Shown piece by piece: positions 1-8,609 of a stretch of 31,777 nt of DNA. This DNA is from Bdellovibrionota bacterium (GTDB lineage: Bacteria; Bdellovibrionota_C; UBA2361; JBIKUX01), in assembly GCA_044347345.1 (NCBI GenBank), contig JBIKUX010000026.1, positions 1-31,777 on the forward strand, in the 5' to 3' direction. The notes under the pieces are model-generated. The model was given only the letters and a program-made list of their open reading frames with translations, searched no databases and was not told the origin of the DNA. Made by a program: the position numbers and the translations under genes. The first letter of the stretch is position 1; every line of letters begins with the position of its first letter.

Positions 1-2
1 TA

Positions 3-326
3 AATCGGGATGACTTGTCTATTGTATTCCAGTGCGAAGTGAGGTTCTTCGAAAATTTGTCCAAAGTCGTCAATGGTAACAGGACTAGTATTAGTATTCG
101 TAGTAGTAGTAGTAGTAGTAGTAGTAGCCGTGTTATCAAAGCTTAAATCTTTTTGGTAACTCTCTAGCTTATCCTTAGGAGTTTGTTTGAGAAATAAACC
201 CGTTACTTGTTGGTGGTCGGTAGTGTTAGGTGGGTTTATTTGCGAGAGAGAGAGAGTGTGTGTGTGTTTGTTTGGGGGGGGGGCGGCGGCGGCGGCGGTG
301 AAGGCAAGATTAAGAGTAGAGTTCAT
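3..326 (-). CDS. Hypothetical protein, 3' end outside the window, with a low-complexity microsatellite-encoded N-terminus (not in the ORF track)
   Basis: Manual translation from ATG 326 gives 108 codons with no stop to the window edge: MNSTLNLAFTAAAAAPPPNKHTHTLSLSQINPPNTTDHQQVTGLFLKQTPKDKLESYQKDLSFDNTATTTTTTTTTNTNTSPVTIDDFGQIFEEPHFALEYNRQVIPI. SD-like TAAGG lies just upstream (TAAGGTTGTATG). Confidence 0.6.
   Translation of the reverse strand, partial: MNSTLNLAFTAAAAAPPPNKHTHTLSLSQINPPNTTDHQQVTGLFLKQTPKDKLESYQKDLSFDNTATTTTTTTTTNTNTSPVTIDDFGQIFEEPHFALEYNRQVIPI
100..126. repeat. (GTA)9 trinucleotide microsatellite, encoding poly-Thr on the minus strand
   Basis: Read directly from the sequence. 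Confidence 0.95.
244..296. repeat. Compound microsatellite (GA)6-(GT)6-spacer-G10-(GGC)5
   Basis: (GA)6 at 244-255, (GT)6 at 256-267, G10 at 274-283, (GGC)5 at 282-296. Confidence 0.95.
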
Positions 327-449
327 ACAACCTTAAATTTGAAACTTAAGCTAAATTGTTAAAGTAGCATAATTACCGTCTAGTCATTAAGAGCAGGTAT
401 TTTGGTTCACTTTTAAAAAATTTGTAAGAATTTTAAAATACTCTTTATT

Positions 450-518
450 TCTCCCTCAACTAAGTCTCCCTCAACTAAGTCTCAGAGACTTCGGGGTGGG
501 GGGACTTCGGGGTGGGGG
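450..518. repeat. Composite repeat element, copy 1: 2x CCCTCAACTAAGT, palindromic core AAGTCTC-A-GAGACTT, 2x GACTTCGGGGTGGGGG
   Basis: 15-bp tandem at 450-479, core at 477-491, 16-bp tandem at 487-518. Bases 468-501 are identical to 930-963. Confidence 0.92.
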
Positions 519-576
519 CTCTACCATTGTTAGACAGCACAATTTTACTAGAAACTTAGCTAATTAATTACATCGA

Positions 577-867
577 ATGAGTTTTATGAATATGTCGCAC
601 ATACAAAGAATAGAAGTCATGGCTGCGGTTCTTACTTGTGTGACGCTTGATCTTAATAATTTTTATATTTTTGAAATTCCTAATCCCTTGGGAGATACTG
701 ACCGGAGCAAAGTTATAATACCTTCAGATCTTCCCCCAAAAATAAAGGCACAAATTATGGCCTATGGATATACCGACGAAAATTTACAAACTGGAGTTTT
801 TGGTATGCTTAGTATGTTTAGGGATAAAGTAATTAATTTTGTACCTACTCATCAGTCTGGCACATAA
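577..867 (+). CDS. Hypothetical 96-aa protein lying between the two composite repeats
   Basis: ORF track; it fills the space between the repeats. No recognisable motif, weak RBS, start codon uncertain. Confidence 0.5.
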   Translation: MSFMNMSHIQRIEVMAAVLTCVTLDLNNFYIFEIPNPLGDTDRSKVIIPSDLPPKIKAQIMAYGYTDENLQTGVFGMLSMFRDKVINFVPTHQSGT

Positions 868-896
868 TCTTAAAACGTAGCCTTTCAGGAGTAAGA

Positions 897-978
897 CCCC
901 TCAACTAAGTCCCCCTCAACTAAGGATCCCCCTCAACTAAGTCTCAGAGACTTCGGGGTGGGGACTTCGGGGTGGGGG
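897..978. repeat. Composite repeat element, copy 2: 3x CCCCTCAACTAAG, same core, 2x GACTTCGGGGTGGG(GG)
   Basis: Left units at 897, 911 and 928; core at 939-953; right units at 949-978; degraded remnants at 982-1002. Confidence 0.92.
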
Positions 979-1213
979 TATCTCAACTCCTCCCTTCGGG
1001 GTAAGCGGGGTATCAATTTCTCGAGGGTCATCAATTTTTCGCACCATGGCTAGGGGCGGTGATAATTTCTCTCCACCCCGTCTTCATCTCTTTCTGGAAT
1101 TTTTTCGGGACTTATTTCTCTCTCTCTGAGTCTACATTATTTGACAAGTTTGCCATTATATGGACTTCGTAAGGTAACATTGTGTGCAATAACTACTGAG
1201 CTCAATTTTTTAT

Positions 1214-2158
1214 ATGACAATTTCAAACGACGATGTGCTGAAGCAGCTGCCTTTTGTGCTTGAAAATAGCAATTTTTCTTCACTTTTTGGGGAAAAATAT
1301 AGTGGAAAGGTGAGAGATTGCTATGTTAAGGGAGATACTCGTTATCTTGTAGCCTCTGATAGGCTTAGCTGTTTTGACCAATGTGTTACTTCTGTACCTT
1401 TTAAAGGTGAGGTACTTACTCAGTTGGCTGCTCATTGGTTTCGCCTTATTACTGGTCTTATACCACACCATGTTATCGATGTTCCTGATCCGCAAGTGAT
1501 GGTGGTTAAAAATGGTCGTGTTATTCCGGTTGAGGTAGTTGTTAGAGGATATTTAGCCGGGGGAGGCTGGCGAGAGTATTTAAAATCTGGATCGGTCAGT
1601 GGTTTAGTATTGCCTGACGGAATGAAGGAATTTCAAAAATTGCCGCAACCAATTATTACTCCTTCAACGAAAGCTCCAAAAGGTGAGCACGATATTCCTA
1701 TTTCATCTGAAGAGGTAATTGGTCGAGGGCTTGTGTCGGCAGGGCAGTGGGCAACAATAACTGAATATGCTCTTACTCTTTTTCAGCTAGGGAGTGAGCA
1801 AGCAAAAAGGCAAGGACTTTTACTTGCTGATACTAAATTTGAGTTTGCTCTGTTTAATGATGAAGTGATACTGGTTGATGAGATATTAACGCTAGACTCA
1901 TCTCGTTACTGGTTATCAGATACCTACCAATCACGACTTGATAGTGGCCTTATTCCAGAAATGCTAGATAAAGAGCCAGTGCGTAGATGGCTCTTAGATA
2001 ACGGATACACAGGAGTGGGAGAGGTGCCGCCATTTTCTGATAATTACCGATGTGAGCTAGCACGACATTACATTAGCTCATATGAAAAAATTACTTCCCA
2101 GCCATTTATAGGTGTGGGTGGAAACATTGTAAGTCGTATTGAGGCTCGCTTTCAGTAA
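1214..2158 (+). CDS. purC: SAICAR synthase
   Basis: Motifs YSGKVRD, SDRLSCFD, IPVEVVVRGYLAG, PIITPSTK, LLADTKFEF, DEILTLDSSRYW, LDKEPVR. Confidence 0.97.
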   Translation: MTISNDDVLKQLPFVLENSNFSSLFGEKYSGKVRDCYVKGDTRYLVASDRLSCFDQCVTSVPFKGEVLTQLAAHWFRLITGLIPHHVIDVPDPQVMVVKNGRVIPVEVVVRGYLAGGGWREYLKSGSVSGLVLPDGMKEFQKLPQPIITPSTKAPKGEHDIPISSEEVIGRGLVSAGQWATITEYALTLFQLGSEQAKRQGLLLADTKFEFALFNDEVILVDEILTLDSSRYWLSDTYQSRLDSGLIPEMLDKEPVRRWLLDNGYTGVGEVPPFSDNYRCELARHYISSYEKITSQPFIGVGGNIVSRIEARFQ

Positions 2159-2203
2159 TCGCACCCTTGTAGGTAGCACTTTGGTAGGGTTACTTTACAG
2201 GTT

Positions 2204-3706
2204 ATGGTGCAGGTATGTTTTTGGCTTATCGTTCTTTTATCAGGGATATATATCGCTGGACCCATAGGCGATCCTGATTTATGGTGGCACATCGTTATAG
2301 GTGAGTGGATATTACAGAATAAAACTGTGCCTTATGTTGACTATTGGAATCGTTTTTCAGCCGGAAAACCATGGTTAGCTTATTCCTGGAGTCAGGAGAT
2401 TTTATATGCCTTAGCAAACCGGTTAGATCCAATAAACGGGCTTGTCTCTTTACAATTACTTTATGGCGCAGGCGTTTCTCTAGTTTTTACTCTTGTTTGT
2501 TACTATTTAATTAGAGGTTGTTCTGCTAAATCTAGCAATTATGCTCATCCGCATGGCGCTGCTCTTTTGCTGAGCGTTGGAGCTACATTTGGCATGGCGC
2601 AGCATTTTCATATACGCCCGCAGACTATCACGTGGCTTACTGCGGCAGTCATGGTTGCGCTGTTAGAATTAATAAGGCGGTTTGGTTGGTCGTGGTATAA
2701 AGTCATCCTTATATGCTTATCAGTGATTATATGGTCTAACACCCATATTACCGCTATTTTTATTCCGTTTATCGCAGGCACTTGGCTGCTTGTATCAGGA
2801 ATTTTATCCCATAAGGAGAGGTTAATAATCTTCTCTCTTATTTGCTTGGCACTTCTATGTACTCCGTACGGCGGAGCTCATCTTGTACTCGCTACGCAAA
2901 AGAGCTCTCATCCTTTTATTTATTCGTCTATTATTGAGTTTGGGCCTGCTACAATTCGTGAACCAGCTACAGGTATTCTCTTAATTTTTTCCGTTTTGTT
3001 GGCACTTGGTTTAATCCGAGCAGATGAGAGCTTAATGCCTTATCCGCTGTCAATTATCTGTGGATTATTTGTTTTGGCGGGTTTAACTGTAGTTAAGTTT
3101 TTACCTTTTGCCATCGTACTCGAGATGGTGCTTATTGCTTCGTTATGGGGTAGTACGTCTGGTAAAGCCTTTGGTGGTGTAGCTGAAGGTATAACAAGAT
3201 TATCTAAATTGCTCTCAGGATTAGCTGGAGTAGGGGCAGGATTTTTACTACTCGCTCTTATTATCGTTAGGGGACATCAACTATTTGCAAATCCCTTAGT
3301 TAATGAAAGAATTCCCGCCGCATCAATTGATTTCATTCAAAATGAGAAATTTCCTTTAAAGTTAGCCAATAGTTTCGGTGATGGCGGCTATCTTTTGTAT
3401 CGTTTTATGAAATCACCTAACTTTCGAGTGGTTATTGACGGCCGTACAAATGTTAATAACGTAAAAGTTACAGAGCTATACTACGAGGCACTTTATGGTA
3501 ATAGCAACTGGCGGTCATATTTATCAATTATACAGCCAGAAGTTATACTTTGGAGAAACGGTAGCCCATTGGTAGCTCTCTTGCTTGAAGCCCCAGAGTG
3601 GTGCAGAGTTTTCAAAGAGGGGAATAATAGTAAAGGTTTCTCGGTGTTTATGCCTAATAAGAGCTTACCTACCTATCCTCATTTAGTAAGCGATGATTGT
3701 ATCTAA
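2204..3706 (+). CDS. Polytopic membrane protein, possibly a GT-C-type glycosyltransferase
   Basis: Many TM segments; DPDLWWH in the first loop; RPQ, WSNTH and C-terminal IDGR motifs typical of a conserved membrane family. Function is inferred. Confidence 0.65.
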   Translation: MVQVCFWLIVLLSGIYIAGPIGDPDLWWHIVIGEWILQNKTVPYVDYWNRFSAGKPWLAYSWSQEILYALANRLDPINGLVSLQLLYGAGVSLVFTLVCYYLIRGCSAKSSNYAHPHGAALLLSVGATFGMAQHFHIRPQTITWLTAAVMVALLELIRRFGWSWYKVILICLSVIIWSNTHITAIFIPFIAGTWLLVSGILSHKERLIIFSLICLALLCTPYGGAHLVLATQKSSHPFIYSSIIEFGPATIREPATGILLIFSVLLALGLIRADESLMPYPLSIICGLFVLAGLTVVKFLPFAIVLEMVLIASLWGSTSGKAFGGVAEGITRLSKLLSGLAGVGAGFLLLALIIVRGHQLFANPLVNERIPAASIDFIQNEKFPLKLANSFGDGGYLLYRFMKSPNFRVVIDGRTNVNNVKVTELYYEALYGNSNWRSYLSIIQPEVILWRNGSPLVALLLEAPEWCRVFKEGNNSKGFSVFMPNKSLPTYPHLVSDDCI

Positions 3707-3779
3707 AACTTAGGCTTAAATAGCTAGTATTATCATTATGCTAGTCAGGAAACTTATTTAAAGATTTATCATCTTCGTA

Positions 3780-5264
3780 CTATTTTTTTCTTGGAGAAAA
3801 ACGAATAAGCAACATTCTAAAGCCGAGAAATGTTGTAGCTATAGCTAGAATAAGTATTATAACTAGTATTATGTCTCGGGCTTGTCTACCAATAAACGGA
3901 GTTAAAAAGTTCCATTTATGAAAAATTGAAAATGACCATCTTTCTAAGGAGTAACTTGGCGTTAACTCGTCTACTAGTGCGCCGTCAACTGGGTCAATAA
4001 ATAAACTGGGTTTTTCAGGTAAGAGTGTGTCTACTCGCCATACTGGGAGTCGTTTATTTCTAAAGTCATATTCAGCGTTAAATCTAGTGATGATTTGCGT
4101 TTGAGAAATTTTATTGTTAGGTACATTAAAATAATTATTTGCGTGATGAAGCACTACGTCTTTATCTGATATTGTTGAAATTGCTCCACTTTTAACTGAG
4201 AGGTACATTGCTGGTGAGGTTTCTGTAGGGACACCGTTAAACCGTTGATTCCTGGATTTATAGTCAAGATTTTGATTATTTGACAGGGGTGATATACCAA
4301 TCCTAAGAAACAATTCCTTATCAGGCCCTTCTACCAGATTGGCACCATTTATTTTAGTGGCTGGTAAATCCCACTTACTGCTAAATGTTTGAGCGTTTAG
4401 TAACAGATTAGGAGTATGAGATGAAGAGAGAGTATCTTTTATATTACTTTTTCTTCCAATTAGGTGAGAGTGGAGTAAATGAAATAATCCACTTGAGGAG
4501 AGCATAATAAGCGGAATTAAAACAACTATACCTAGGTATCTATGTGCCTTTCGATACTTAGGCATAGAGCGGGCTCTAAGTCGCCGTAGTAAGATAGCCC
4601 CTGAGATAGTTATAGTAAGCAGTGACAATATCATTGCAGAAATTATTAATACCTTAAGATTGGGCGACTGATTAAGAAAATTCCAAGTGTGACCTATTTT
4701 AAATATTTTTTGTAAAAGTCGTTTCCAATCATTGGTTAGATCACCAAGGGCAAGTAGTTCAGTATGGATGAAGAGAGTAAGATTGTCTTCTGTATTAAAT
4801 GCTACTTTATAGACTGGTAGTATCCGATTAACCTTAGGATAATCTGCGGAGAAACTAGACTGAAATGTAGCTGATAAAACATTTGTCGCCGGTAAACCAG
4901 AGTAGTATCTGGCAAGCCAGATTGCATATTTTTCATCGTGATTGGGTAATTCTTGTCCTGTCGATAAATTAAAATATCTGCGTGGATGATTAGCATCTGT
5001 CGTTATTTGAAGAAGTACTCCGACATCTTCTTTTGGTACCAGTTTAATAGAAGTAGCTGACGTTAAATTGGCAGTATTTAGAACGGGTGCTATCTTCTCT
5101 AAGACTGATGAGTCTATTACACCTTGAGGTGGATAAAAAACCACTGCTTGTGGGCCAGACCAAGTAATTACTGGATGAGTTATTCCAGATACAGCAAATA
5201 TTATTAGGGTTAAGCCTCCTAGCCATGCAAGTGAGCGATGAATTTTAAATGTGGTTTTTATCAC
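3780..5264 (-). CDS. PepSY-associated TM helix domain protein
   Basis: KIHRSLAW, HTWNF, HRYLG and HKWNF His motifs with a duplicated architecture; lies directly downstream of a TonB receptor; GTG start. Confidence 0.85.
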   Translation of the reverse strand: MIKTTFKIHRSLAWLGGLTLIIFAVSGITHPVITWSGPQAVVFYPPQGVIDSSVLEKIAPVLNTANLTSATSIKLVPKEDVGVLLQITTDANHPRRYFNLSTGQELPNHDEKYAIWLARYYSGLPATNVLSATFQSSFSADYPKVNRILPVYKVAFNTEDNLTLFIHTELLALGDLTNDWKRLLQKIFKIGHTWNFLNQSPNLKVLIISAMILSLLTITISGAILLRRLRARSMPKYRKAHRYLGIVVLIPLIMLSSSGLFHLLHSHLIGRKSNIKDTLSSSHTPNLLLNAQTFSSKWDLPATKINGANLVEGPDKELFLRIGISPLSNNQNLDYKSRNQRFNGVPTETSPAMYLSVKSGAISTISDKDVVLHHANNYFNVPNNKISQTQIITRFNAEYDFRNKRLPVWRVDTLLPEKPSLFIDPVDGALVDELTPSYSLERWSFSIFHKWNFLTPFIGRQARDIILVIILILAIATTFLGFRMLLIRFSPRKK

Positions 5265-5300
5265 AGGTTCATTAATTGTTAACGTTGAAAATTTTCTCTT

Positions 5301-7400
5301 CTACCATCGAAAACGAAAGCCACTAAAAAACCGTTGGCCATCGCCAGGATAGAATACCGGAGAGCTAGCGTTACCGTTTGCATTTACGATAGTACTAAAA
5401 GTAGATACAAATCTACGATCCAGAAGATTTCTTCCCTCAAAAAATAAGTCGATATTTTTTGCTAATGTAAGCCCAGCGTTTGCTCCAATGATTCCATACC
5501 CGGGAGCGGTTACAGTATTGGTAAAGTCAACATCTGCTTTATCTGATGCTTCCCAATTAAAAGCAAAAAACCAATCAGATCTTGAATCATATCTTAATTC
5601 ACTCTGGTAAAAATTTCGAGGTTGTCCTGGAATTCTATTGTTTGCATATTGCAGATCCTGCTTGAATTGATAATCACTAAAAGTGTAAGAGTGGCGCCAA
5701 GAGATTTTGTCAGAAGGTAAAAATATACTTTCTATAAGCCGAATCGTTGTGCCTAATTCAACTCCTTGATGGATGGTTTTATCTGCATTAAAGGTAGCCG
5801 CCGGTATACCAGGTGCCGGGGTAAATTGCAGAAGTTCACCGTTAATCCAAGCTCGGTAGAGGCTTATATCCCACGATAAACTTTCTCCATAATTTTTTCT
5901 GGTGCCTATCTCAGCTGTCCAAGCATCCTGAGCATCTACAGGGACAAAGTTTGCCGCTCCCCCTTGAGTTAATTCACTAAATGTTGGTGCTTCAAAGCTT
6001 TTACTTAGGTTAGTGTATAGTTGCAGTTTATTGGATGTTTCATAAAGTAAGCCGACCTTTGGATTTGCTGTTCGAAAAATGGCGCGGTCATCTGGTACTA
6101 CATTTTTTTCGTCTTCTATTTGTCGTTTTGACCAAACTAGTTGGCCGCCTAAAATTATCGCTAGTGAATTATTTAAGAAAAGGCTGTTTTCTCCAAAAAT
6201 AATGCCATTATCCGAGCTTTGCTCACTATCAGAGATAATGGCTCCTTTTGTGCCAGCTTCATTTTTATATAGTTTTGCATCAGTACTTCCAGAATGAGTG
6301 GTAAACCCTAATCGGTAGTTATTTAGCTTTCCGAAGGTATCGTAATCGCCTGTGATGGTAGAAAAAATACCGTAATCTAGTGTTTGTTGATCAATTACCC
6401 CTACGAAAGCGGTGATTGGATGATACAAGTCTTTTCCGTTGATGAATCCGCCAATATCAACTTTACTTGCTTCACCAATTTCTATTGTTGTCTTGTTTGA
6501 TACTCTTAAAGAGCGGATATCGCGAGCCCACTTTTGTTGTATAGCTGATTGATCAGACCTTCGTGGTGAGTTTAAAGCTGTAGCAAGGTCTACTGTTCCT
6601 GGTAGGTCTTGATTGATAATATTACCGCTTAAATAAAAGCGAGTTTCAACAGCATCTGATAAAGCTAGGCCGATATTGGTGTTTAATTTGATATTTTCTT
6701 GGTCTTCATGTTGACGAAAGCCGTCACTTGTTGTGCCAGTAATATTTAAAAAAGCATCGGAGTTATCAAATACTCCGCCTGATTGCATATTTACCCGGTA
6801 TGTAGCGTCAGACCCCATCTCCATGCGAAGTTGATTACCTGATTGGGTAAATCCGGTTTTGGTTATCATGTTTATGGCACCACCTAGGGAAGCTCCACCG
6901 TATTGCAGTCCGTTAGCTCCTTTGTAAACTTCTAAACGTTCAAATGATATAGGGTCTGCTTCTTGAAAGTCAGCGGAGCTATCAGCTAAATTAAAAGGAA
7001 TACCATCCTGAAGAAGAGTTAAACCTCTAAGATGAAATCCTCTTGACAATCCTGAGCCACGAATTGAGAGACGCACCTCTTCACCAAAACGTTTTTGAGC
7101 GAATACACCGGGTGTTAAAGCGAGAGTATCTTCAAAGTTTAGCGAATATTTATCACTAAATTCCTTATTTTCAACTAATGCAATACCTCCGGGCGTTCGT
7201 GTCATTATCTCTCGAGTTTTTTCGTTACTAGTTACAGTTTTTGGCTCAGTTTCTTCTAGTTGCTCGCTTGATACTTGAAGGGGCTCTAGGTTGATTCCGT
7301 CTTCTTGAGCTATGGCGCTTGGGGTATAAGAAGGTAACAAAAACGATATAAATAAAATCTTGGCTAAATAACTGAAAATATCGCAACGGTAAGTTTTCAT
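5301..7400 (-). CDS. TonB-dependent outer-membrane receptor (YncD-like)
   Basis: Signal peptide ending AIA-QE, plug motifs LSIRGSG, LLQDGIP and RLEVYKGA..YG...LGGAIN, NLLDRRF, and terminal aromatic FRFRW. ATG 7400 is preferred over TTG 7472 because 7443-7488 looks like promoter DNA. Confidence 0.93.
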   Translation of the reverse strand: MKTYRCDIFSYLAKILFISFLLPSYTPSAIAQEDGINLEPLQVSSEQLEETEPKTVTSNEKTREIMTRTPGGIALVENKEFSDKYSLNFEDTLALTPGVFAQKRFGEEVRLSIRGSGLSRGFHLRGLTLLQDGIPFNLADSSADFQEADPISFERLEVYKGANGLQYGGASLGGAINMITKTGFTQSGNQLRMEMGSDATYRVNMQSGGVFDNSDAFLNITGTTSDGFRQHEDQENIKLNTNIGLALSDAVETRFYLSGNIINQDLPGTVDLATALNSPRRSDQSAIQQKWARDIRSLRVSNKTTIEIGEASKVDIGGFINGKDLYHPITAFVGVIDQQTLDYGIFSTITGDYDTFGKLNNYRLGFTTHSGSTDAKLYKNEAGTKGAIISDSEQSSDNGIIFGENSLFLNNSLAIILGGQLVWSKRQIEDEKNVVPDDRAIFRTANPKVGLLYETSNKLQLYTNLSKSFEAPTFSELTQGGAANFVPVDAQDAWTAEIGTRKNYGESLSWDISLYRAWINGELLQFTPAPGIPAATFNADKTIHQGVELGTTIRLIESIFLPSDKISWRHSYTFSDYQFKQDLQYANNRIPGQPRNFYQSELRYDSRSDWFFAFNWEASDKADVDFTNTVTAPGYGIIGANAGLTLAKNIDLFFEGRNLLDRRFVSTFSTIVNANGNASSPVFYPGDGQRFFSGFRFRW

Positions 7401-7442
7401 AATTTTCTCTAAGGCTGGGTTTGCATAGAATCCTAAGGCGAG

Positions 7443-7472
7443 ACGATATATTTTTTGAAATATAACTTTCAA
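7443..7472 (-). promoter_or_regulatory. Candidate sigma-70 promoter TTGAAA-N18-TATCGT, overlapped by the inverted repeat TTGAAA-N6-TTTCAA (7455-7472)
   Basis: Sequence read directly; lies about 40-70 bp upstream of the receptor ATG. Function is inferred. Confidence 0.5.
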
Positions 7473-7488
7473 TGCGACAAATTGTCGC
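7473..7488. promoter_or_regulatory. RegA/PrrA/ActR-like box TGCGACAAATTGTCGC
   Basis: Perfect 7-1-7 palindrome GCGACAA-A-TTGTCGC at 7474-7488 in AT-rich divergent intergenic DNA; fits the GCGNC-N5-GNCGC consensus. Confidence 0.65.
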
Positions 7489-7588
7489 GCAAATTACTGC
7501 TAATGCTTTATTCGTTGTGAGACCAGAATAATTGGTGGCGCAAGTATAATGACTATTAAATTTTTATCACTTTGGTAAGACAGTTCGC

Positions 7589-8422
7589 ATGTTTAAAACA
7601 ATTCAATCTCAGGTGTGGGCATTTGATGCGGAGTGGGTACCTGATCCAAATGCAGGTAGAGCTCTTTATAGGATTCCTTCGTATATTTCTGATGAAGAAG
7701 TCATTCGTGAAATGTGGCGGCGCGGAGGTGCTACCGATGAGAATCCCCAGCCTTTTTTAAAGGTAGCTTTATGTAGAATTGTTTCTGTAGCTGCTGTTTT
7801 AAGACGAGTTTCTTCAGATGGTGAACTTAAGATTGAGCTCCTTTCTTTACCGAGGTCAAGTGAGGATACAGAGGCTGATATTATTTCTCGTTTTCTCTCG
7901 GCTGTTGGTAAGTATAAGCCTCAGTTAGTTGGATTTAATTCTGTGCAGAGTGATCTCAGAATATTTATTCAAAGAGCTGTAATTCACGGCATTTCACTGC
8001 CTGAATTTTGTGCTCGTCCAGATAAACCCTGGGAAGGAGTAGATTATTTTGCCAAGGAGTCAGAGTTTCATATTGACTTGTTTCAACTGCTTGGTGGATG
8101 GGGTAAAGGGGCACCATCTCTTCATGAAATCGCTACACTTTCTGGTATTCCTGGTAAGCTTGGACTAGATGGATTCATGGTGCCCTCACTGTGGTTAGAA
8201 GGGAAGATTGACATTATTAGGCAGTATAATGAATGCGATGCCTTAACAACTTATCTACTCTGGTTAAGAGTTGCACTTGTTTCTGGCCTCATAGATCTTG
8301 AACAATACAATAAAGAAGAAGAACTCGTAAAAGATGTTATTCATTCATTGTCTCAGCCACACCTTACTGATTATCTGCGCGAGTGGAAAAGGCTTACCAC
8401 TAATTCGGGAACGGTTAATTAA
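7589..8422 (+). CDS. Stand-alone 3'-5' exonuclease related to the PolB proofreading domain (DEDDy)
   Basis: ExoI FDAEW, ExoII GFNSVQSD, HIDL, ExoIII YNECD. Confidence 0.88.
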   Translation: MFKTIQSQVWAFDAEWVPDPNAGRALYRIPSYISDEEVIREMWRRGGATDENPQPFLKVALCRIVSVAAVLRRVSSDGELKIELLSLPRSSEDTEADIISRFLSAVGKYKPQLVGFNSVQSDLRIFIQRAVIHGISLPEFCARPDKPWEGVDYFAKESEFHIDLFQLLGGWGKGAPSLHEIATLSGIPGKLGLDGFMVPSLWLEGKIDIIRQYNECDALTTYLLWLRVALVSGLIDLEQYNKEEELVKDVIHSLSQPHLTDYLREWKRLTTNSGTVN

Positions 8423-8609
8423 GAGTTAATATTAAAAAGTATCGTTTTATATAGTCTTTTTTTGTATATCGAATGAGCAATAGTGCCTATTTTTTTATTA
8501 TTTAGAATTTTTTTGGAAACGATAACTATAAAACGTTTCAACTGGCTTTAAAAAAAAAGTAAGTGAGCGAAAAAAATTTAACACAAGAGTGTTTTTAAGT
8601 GAGTAAAAT

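Noticed and set aside
450-978. CRISPR array or IS ends
   Set aside because: Units are adjacent with no unique spacers; no cas or transposase genes; the two flanks are direct rather than inverted.
1141-1175. Perfect TTGACA upstream of purC
   Set aside because: No acceptable -10 hexamer at 16-18 bp spacing.
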